A stretch of DNA of 32,000 nt from Prochlorococcus marinus subsp. pastoris str. CCMP1986. Its GTDB lineage: Bacteria; Cyanobacteriota; Cyanobacteriia; PCC-6307; Cyanobiaceae. A program made the position numbers and the translations under genes. The DNA lies in contig NC_005072.1 of assembly GCF_000011465.1 (NCBI RefSeq), positions 30,001 through 62,000 of the forward strand, in the 5' to 3' direction. Every line of letters starts with the position of its first letter. Position 1 is the first letter of the stretch. Positions 28,176 through 32,000 of this stretch are shown here, in pieces. Below the pieces are notes generated by a model. The model saw only the letters and a list, made by a program, of their open reading frames with translations, searched no databases and had not been told where the DNA came from.

Positions 28176-28637
28176 TTATTTATTTCTACTATTAATTAAA
28201 CTACCTATAAATAATCCTATACCAGCAGCAATAGCAATAGATAAGATTGGTTTTTTTCTAATTGGGGTTTCTATTTTTGGCCTTAATGTACTGTTTAGTT
28301 CATCTAGTAACTCTTCTAATTGACTTTCGATTGGTTCTATTTTATCTGCAATTTCCCAATTATTTTCTTGAATTGAATCAATGATTTGAAATAATTGATT
28401 TTTAATACCACTAGCAGATGATCCAGTATGACTTGCTATTACTCCAACTAAATCATCAATACTTCCTTTTGCAGTCTCAAGAGTTTGTTGTGCGATATTA
28501 GGCCATTTTTCTTGTATTAACGGAATCAAACTATCGATTTTTTCTCGTAACCATTTTTCTGATATGCCTTCTTCCTTTGGCAGCCCAGAATCATCAATTG
28601 TTTCTTTAACTTCTTTGGGAGGATGAAAAGCTTCCAT
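28176..28637 (-). CDS. YqjD/ElaB-like (DUF883-type) tail-anchored protein
   Basis: It has a helical, acidic soluble domain and a C-terminal anchor (KKPILSIAIAAGIGLFIGSLINSRNK) that matches the characteristic DUF883 C-terminus. Confidence 0.6.
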   Translation of the reverse strand: MEAFHPPKEVKETIDDSGLPKEEGISEKWLREKIDSLIPLIQEKWPNIAQQTLETAKGSIDDLVGVIASHTGSSASGIKNQLFQIIDSIQENNWEIADKIEPIESQLEELLDELNSTLRPKIETPIRKKPILSIAIAAGIGLFIGSLINSRNK

Positions 28638-28825
28638 TAATCAACCTACATTTCTTTTAGAGTAGACTGTATTTTCTTAATTTGAAACCCTTTTATTTAG
28701 TTTTTTTTTAATAAAAAATTATAGACATATAAAATTTTATTTACATTTCATTTATCTCACCTGTTCTGTAATAAGGTTTTGTTAAGCTATTACTGACTTT
28801 ATTAAATTAAGTTTTTTATTTCATC

Positions 28826-28963
28826 ATGGATATCACATTTGCAGCAATTATTTTTGCATCCCGTACAATTCCAACTGATTTTGGATTGGTAGCAGCAGCT
28901 ATTGCAGGAGCTGGCAGCTTGCTATTTATTGCTTTGAGATTTGTTCCTGATGCGGGTAACTAG
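28826..28963 (+). CDS. possible 45-aa single-pass/hairpin membrane micro-protein
   Basis: My own codon-by-codon translation is MDITFAAIIFASRTIPTDFGLVAAAIAGAGSLLFIALRFVPDAGN*. The frame is Ala/Gly-rich, hence GC-richer than the surrounding spacer. It is below the track cut-off. Confidence 0.4.
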   Translation: MDITFAAIIFASRTIPTDFGLVAAAIAGAGSLLFIALRFVPDAGN

Positions 28964-29050
28964 GTTTTTCCTTTTTTAAAATGCACTAACTTGTTAGTTC
29001 ATTTTAATGATTGATTATTGAAATAAAATAATTTATTGATGAGCTAGATA

Positions 29051-29413
29051 ATGAATCGATGGGTTTTACTCGAACATAAGATTCTTAGTAGTAAATTTAT
29101 TGATATTCACTATGATTTTCTTGTTGAAGATCAATTAGATTGTTTGACTTGGAAGTTTCACGAAATTCCATCACTAAATAAGGGTGTCATTAAAATAGTA
29201 AAACAACCAAATCATAGATTGGTGTGGCTTTCTAGGGTTGAATATCAACTTTCTAAGAATAGAGGTTTAGTAAAAAGAATTGATCATGGAATTTTCTCTA
29301 ATATTCCTCATAATCAAGACTCTCAAAAATTAAAAATTATATTGAATGGTAAATTGTTAAACGGTCTGTTCATAATTGATGGAAATTTTTGTCAATTAAC
29401 GAAAAACAATTAA
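29051..29413 (+). CDS. hypothetical protein with divergent LigD N-terminal (3'-phosphoesterase)-like pattern
   Basis: Segments LEHK...IHYDFLVED...LTWKF, NHRLVWLS, GLVKRIDHGIF and KIILNGKLLNGLFII follow the order of the HYDxRLE / SWA / DHPxxY / GxVxxWDxG / LxGxKLxG blocks of the LigD_N family. The ORF is solid; the family call is tentative. Confidence 0.6.
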   Translation: MNRWVLLEHKILSSKFIDIHYDFLVEDQLDCLTWKFHEIPSLNKGVIKIVKQPNHRLVWLSRVEYQLSKNRGLVKRIDHGIFSNIPHNQDSQKLKIILNGKLLNGLFIIDGNFCQLTKNN

Positions 29414-29495
29414 TTTGTTTTTAGAAATAATCTTAATAATTCTCTTGAGATTTTTTGAAAAGTAGCTATTCTTACTTAGCTATTGTGACTTGCGA

Positions 29496-32000
29496 TTGGT
29501 ATACATCAATCAGGTCGAGTTTGAAAATTTTAAATCTTTTGGAGGAAGTGTAAAAATTCCTCTTGAAGAAGGATTTACAGTGGTGACTGGTCCAAATGGA
29601 TCTGGGAAAAGTAATATTTTGGACGGAATTTTATTCTGTTTAGGTTTGGCAAATAGTAGAGGGATGAGAGCAGAAAGATTACCAGATTTAATAAATAATT
29701 CTAAAGTAAAAGAAGGTAAAGCTTCAGAAACATTTGTTTCCGTTAAATTCAATATTGAAGATTGGTCGCCAAGGGAAGATGTTCCACCTTTGGATTTAGA
29801 AGAAGATGATATCGCGCTTAATAGAGGTCAAAAAGAATGGATAGTTTCCAGGAAATTGCGGTTAATGCCTGGTGGATCTTATGCATCTACTTATACCTCT
29901 GACGGACGCCAGTGCACTTTACAACAAATACAGAGAGTTCTTAGAGATATAAGTGTTGATCCAGAAGGAAGTAATGTTGTGATGCAGGGAGATGTTACAA
30001 GAATAGTATCAATGAATAATAAAGAGAGGAGAACCCTGATTGATGAATTGGCAGGGGTAGCTCTTTTTGATAGCAGAATTGAACAAACACATTCAAAACT
30101 TAATGATGTTTTTGAAAGACAAGAAAGATGCGAGATTCTAGAAAACGAACTGCAATCTAGTAAAGTAAAGCTTGAAAAAGAATGTGAAAAAGCAAAAAAA
30201 TATAAAGAGTTGAAGGCAAAACTTTTTCATATTAAGGAGATTGAAAAAGTACTTTTATTCGATAAACAAGTTCAAAATATTGAATTAATTAAGAAAAAAG
30301 CTATTAACTTGGATAAGAGTAAGATTTTATTTAATCAACACAAAGAATCTCTTAGTAAAGAAATACAAGTATTGCAAGATGCAATGCAAATCATGATTGC
30401 AGAATTAAAAGAGAAAGGAGAAGATAACTTAATCAAAGTAAATTCTGATATTGGGAGTATAAATTCTAATTTAAGGGAATTAGAAAGAATAGCAGTTGTC
30501 AATAAAGAGGAGGGCATTAAACTTCAAGATCAACGCGATAAAATTGCAATATCTAAAAAAAGTACGGAGTTAGAAAAGAATCGACAAGAGGACTTTAATT
30601 ATAATTATCTAGAAAAATTGAACATCGAGATTCAAGATTTAACGTTAAAACACAAGCTATCTAGAAAAAAACTTTCTCATGCTGCAGGTGAATCAGGTGA
30701 ATTTTCAAAGCAAAGTATAAAGCTTAATAATGAGTTAGAAAATTTAAAATCTTTAGTACAACCTCTTGAATCTAGTAAAAGGAATATTGAAGAGGAAATT
30801 ATACAAATTAATATTCAAAGAGAAGAAATAGCATCTCAAAATGATCTTTTAAAGTTAGAAAAACAAAAACTATTAGAATTTAATCAAAATAATGAGAAAT
30901 CAACGGATATAAAAAATCGTAATTTGAGCAGTATTAGATCTGAAATTGATTCTTTAAAAATTGAAATAGATCTGTTAAATAAAACTAAACTAAGGCTAAA
31001 CAACGAACAATTAAGGCTTGAAAAGGATTTATCAAGATGTGAAAGCAGAAAAGAAGCTTTAAATGAAACCAGGGGATCATATGCATTAAGAATACTTTTA
31101 GAGGCAGGTTTAGATGGTATACATGGATATGTTGCTCAATTAGGTGCCGTCAGTGAAAAGCACAGGTATGCATTGGAAATTGCAGCTGGTAATAGACTTG
31201 GACAAATAGTTGTTGATAATGACACTATTGCTTCAAAAGCTATTGAAATTCTGAAAAAAAAGAAAGCAGGCAGATTAACCTTTATTCCACTTAATAGAAT
31301 TAAAACCTATAAAAAAAATTTCGCGCTTAAAAGATTTGAGAATTTTAAAGAGAATGGATTTTTAGATAAGGCTATTAATTTAATTGATTGTGATGATGTT
31401 TATGATGATGTTTTTAAATACGTTTTTGGAGATACAGTAGTCTTTTCAGATTTAGAGTCAGCGAAATCATCTAAACAAAAAATTAGAATGGTTACTTTGA
31501 GTGGAGAACTGTTAGAAGTGAGTGGTGCAATTACAGGTGGTAGTAAAGTTAATAAAGATCTTGCTTATAGGTTCGGAACCAATAATGATATTGACGAATC
31601 TCACCCCATAAAACAAAGATTATCTACAATTGTAGAAGCTTTAAAGAAATCAGATAATGATACTTTAAATAAAACTAACAACTTGAACAAACTGAATTTT
31701 AATCAAAGGGAAATATTAGAGGATTGCGTATCTTCTAATAAAGAAATTGAAGTAAATAATAATTCTATAAAAGTTTCTATGAAAAGAATTGATGATAACA
31801 ATTTGAGGCTTAATCAGCTTAAGTCTCAAAATAATTTATTAAATGATAAGTTGGATAACATTCGAAATGAAATAAAACCATTTAAAAAAAAGTTGGATGA
31901 CTTAGAGATGATCCTTAAAAAGAATTATGAAGATAATCAAACATCCTCTTTAATGACTCATAATAATGATTTCGAAAAGTTAGATAAAAAACTTGAATTA
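29496..32000 (+). CDS. smc: chromosome segregation protein SMC, N-terminal 835 codons; continues beyond the window
   Basis: My own translation from the TTG at 29496 is (M)VYINQVEFENFKSFGG...GFTVVTGPNGSGKSNILDGILFCLG (Walker A). Long coiled-coil follows, and the hinge begins near 31080 (YALRILLEAGLDGIHGYVAQLG...GRLTFIPLN). The frame is open to position 32000. Confidence 0.95.
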   Translation, partial: MVYINQVEFENFKSFGGSVKIPLEEGFTVVTGPNGSGKSNILDGILFCLGLANSRGMRAERLPDLINNSKVKEGKASETFVSVKFNIEDWSPREDVPPLDLEEDDIALNRGQKEWIVSRKLRLMPGGSYASTYTSDGRQCTLQQIQRVLRDISVDPEGSNVVMQGDVTRIVSMNNKERRTLIDELAGVALFDSRIEQTHSKLNDVFERQERCEILENELQSSKVKLEKECEKAKKYKELKAKLFHIKEIEKVLLFDKQVQNIELIKKKAINLDKSKILFNQHKESLSKEIQVLQDAMQIMIAELKEKGEDNLIKVNSDIGSINSNLRELERIAVVNKEEGIKLQDQRDKIAISKKSTELEKNRQEDFNYNYLEKLNIEIQDLTLKHKLSRKKLSHAAGESGEFSKQSIKLNNELENLKSLVQPLESSKRNIEEEIIQINIQREEIASQNDLLKLEKQKLLEFNQNNEKSTDIKNRNLSSIRSEIDSLKIEIDLLNKTKLRLNNEQLRLEKDLSRCESRKEALNETRGSYALRILLEAGLDGIHGYVAQLGAVSEKHRYALEIAAGNRLGQIVVDNDTIASKAIEILKKKKAGRLTFIPLNRIKTYKKNFALKRFENFKENGFLDKAINLIDCDDVYDDVFKYVFGDTVVFSDLESAKSSKQKIRMVTLSGELLEVSGAITGGSKVNKDLAYRFGTNNDIDESHPIKQRLSTIVEALKKSDNDTLNKTNNLNKLNFNQREILEDCVSSNKEIEVNNNSIKVSMKRIDDNNLRLNQLKSQNNLLNDKLDNIRNEIKPFKKKLDDLEMILKKNYEDNQTSSLMTHNNDFEKLDKKLEL

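Noticed and set aside
29510-30517. Minus-strand ORFs 29510..29752 and 30335..30517
   Set aside because: Both lie antisense inside smc, whose plus-strand frame carries the Walker A motif and the coiled-coil.
1-32000. CRISPR arrays, IS elements, integrases, prophage genes, long direct repeats
   Set aside because: I saw none while reading both strands. Visual inspection cannot exclude short or degenerate repeats, so a self-dot-plot would be needed to be sure.

Overview
This is an AT-rich window of about 30% G+C by eye, tightly packed and with no visible mobile DNA. Its gene content and order look like a core chromosomal region of a marine picocyanobacterium, most likely a high-light-adapted Prochlorococcus. 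That assignment is an inference from the low GC, the tandem flavodiiron genes, cbiD, the circularly permuted ssrA and the proteins themselves. Confident housekeeping genes, left to right, are: a class V aminotransferase, cbiD, guaA, a PBP2-type transpeptidase, an NADPH:FMN reductase, two tandem flavodiiron proteins, alaS, speA, ndk, thiO-like, gatB, coaE, argJ, an aldo/keto reductase, a THUMP RNA methyltransferase and the 5' 2.5 kb of smc. I saw no CRISPR array, transposase, integrase, toxin-antitoxin pair or multi-gene defence-like operon. The items worth a second look are listed here. (1) A short orphan ParA-class ATPase at about 40% G+C, whose 3' end is overlapped by an 80-aa tail-anchored ORF. 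(2) A circularly permuted (two-piece) tmRNA gene that an ORF track cannot show. (3) A stand-alone Cas4-like PD-(D/E)XK nuclease with four Cys residues. (4) A flv-flv-FMN reductase operon with one canonical and one degenerate di-iron site. (5) A yqjD/yqjE-like membrane pair whose stop codon is directly followed by the next ATG. (6) A divergent LigD-phosphoesterase-like orphan upstream of smc. (7) Several sub-threshold small ORFs in otherwise unexplained intergenic DNA. None of these is demonstrably a new system from sequence alone. The ParA locus is my best candidate.
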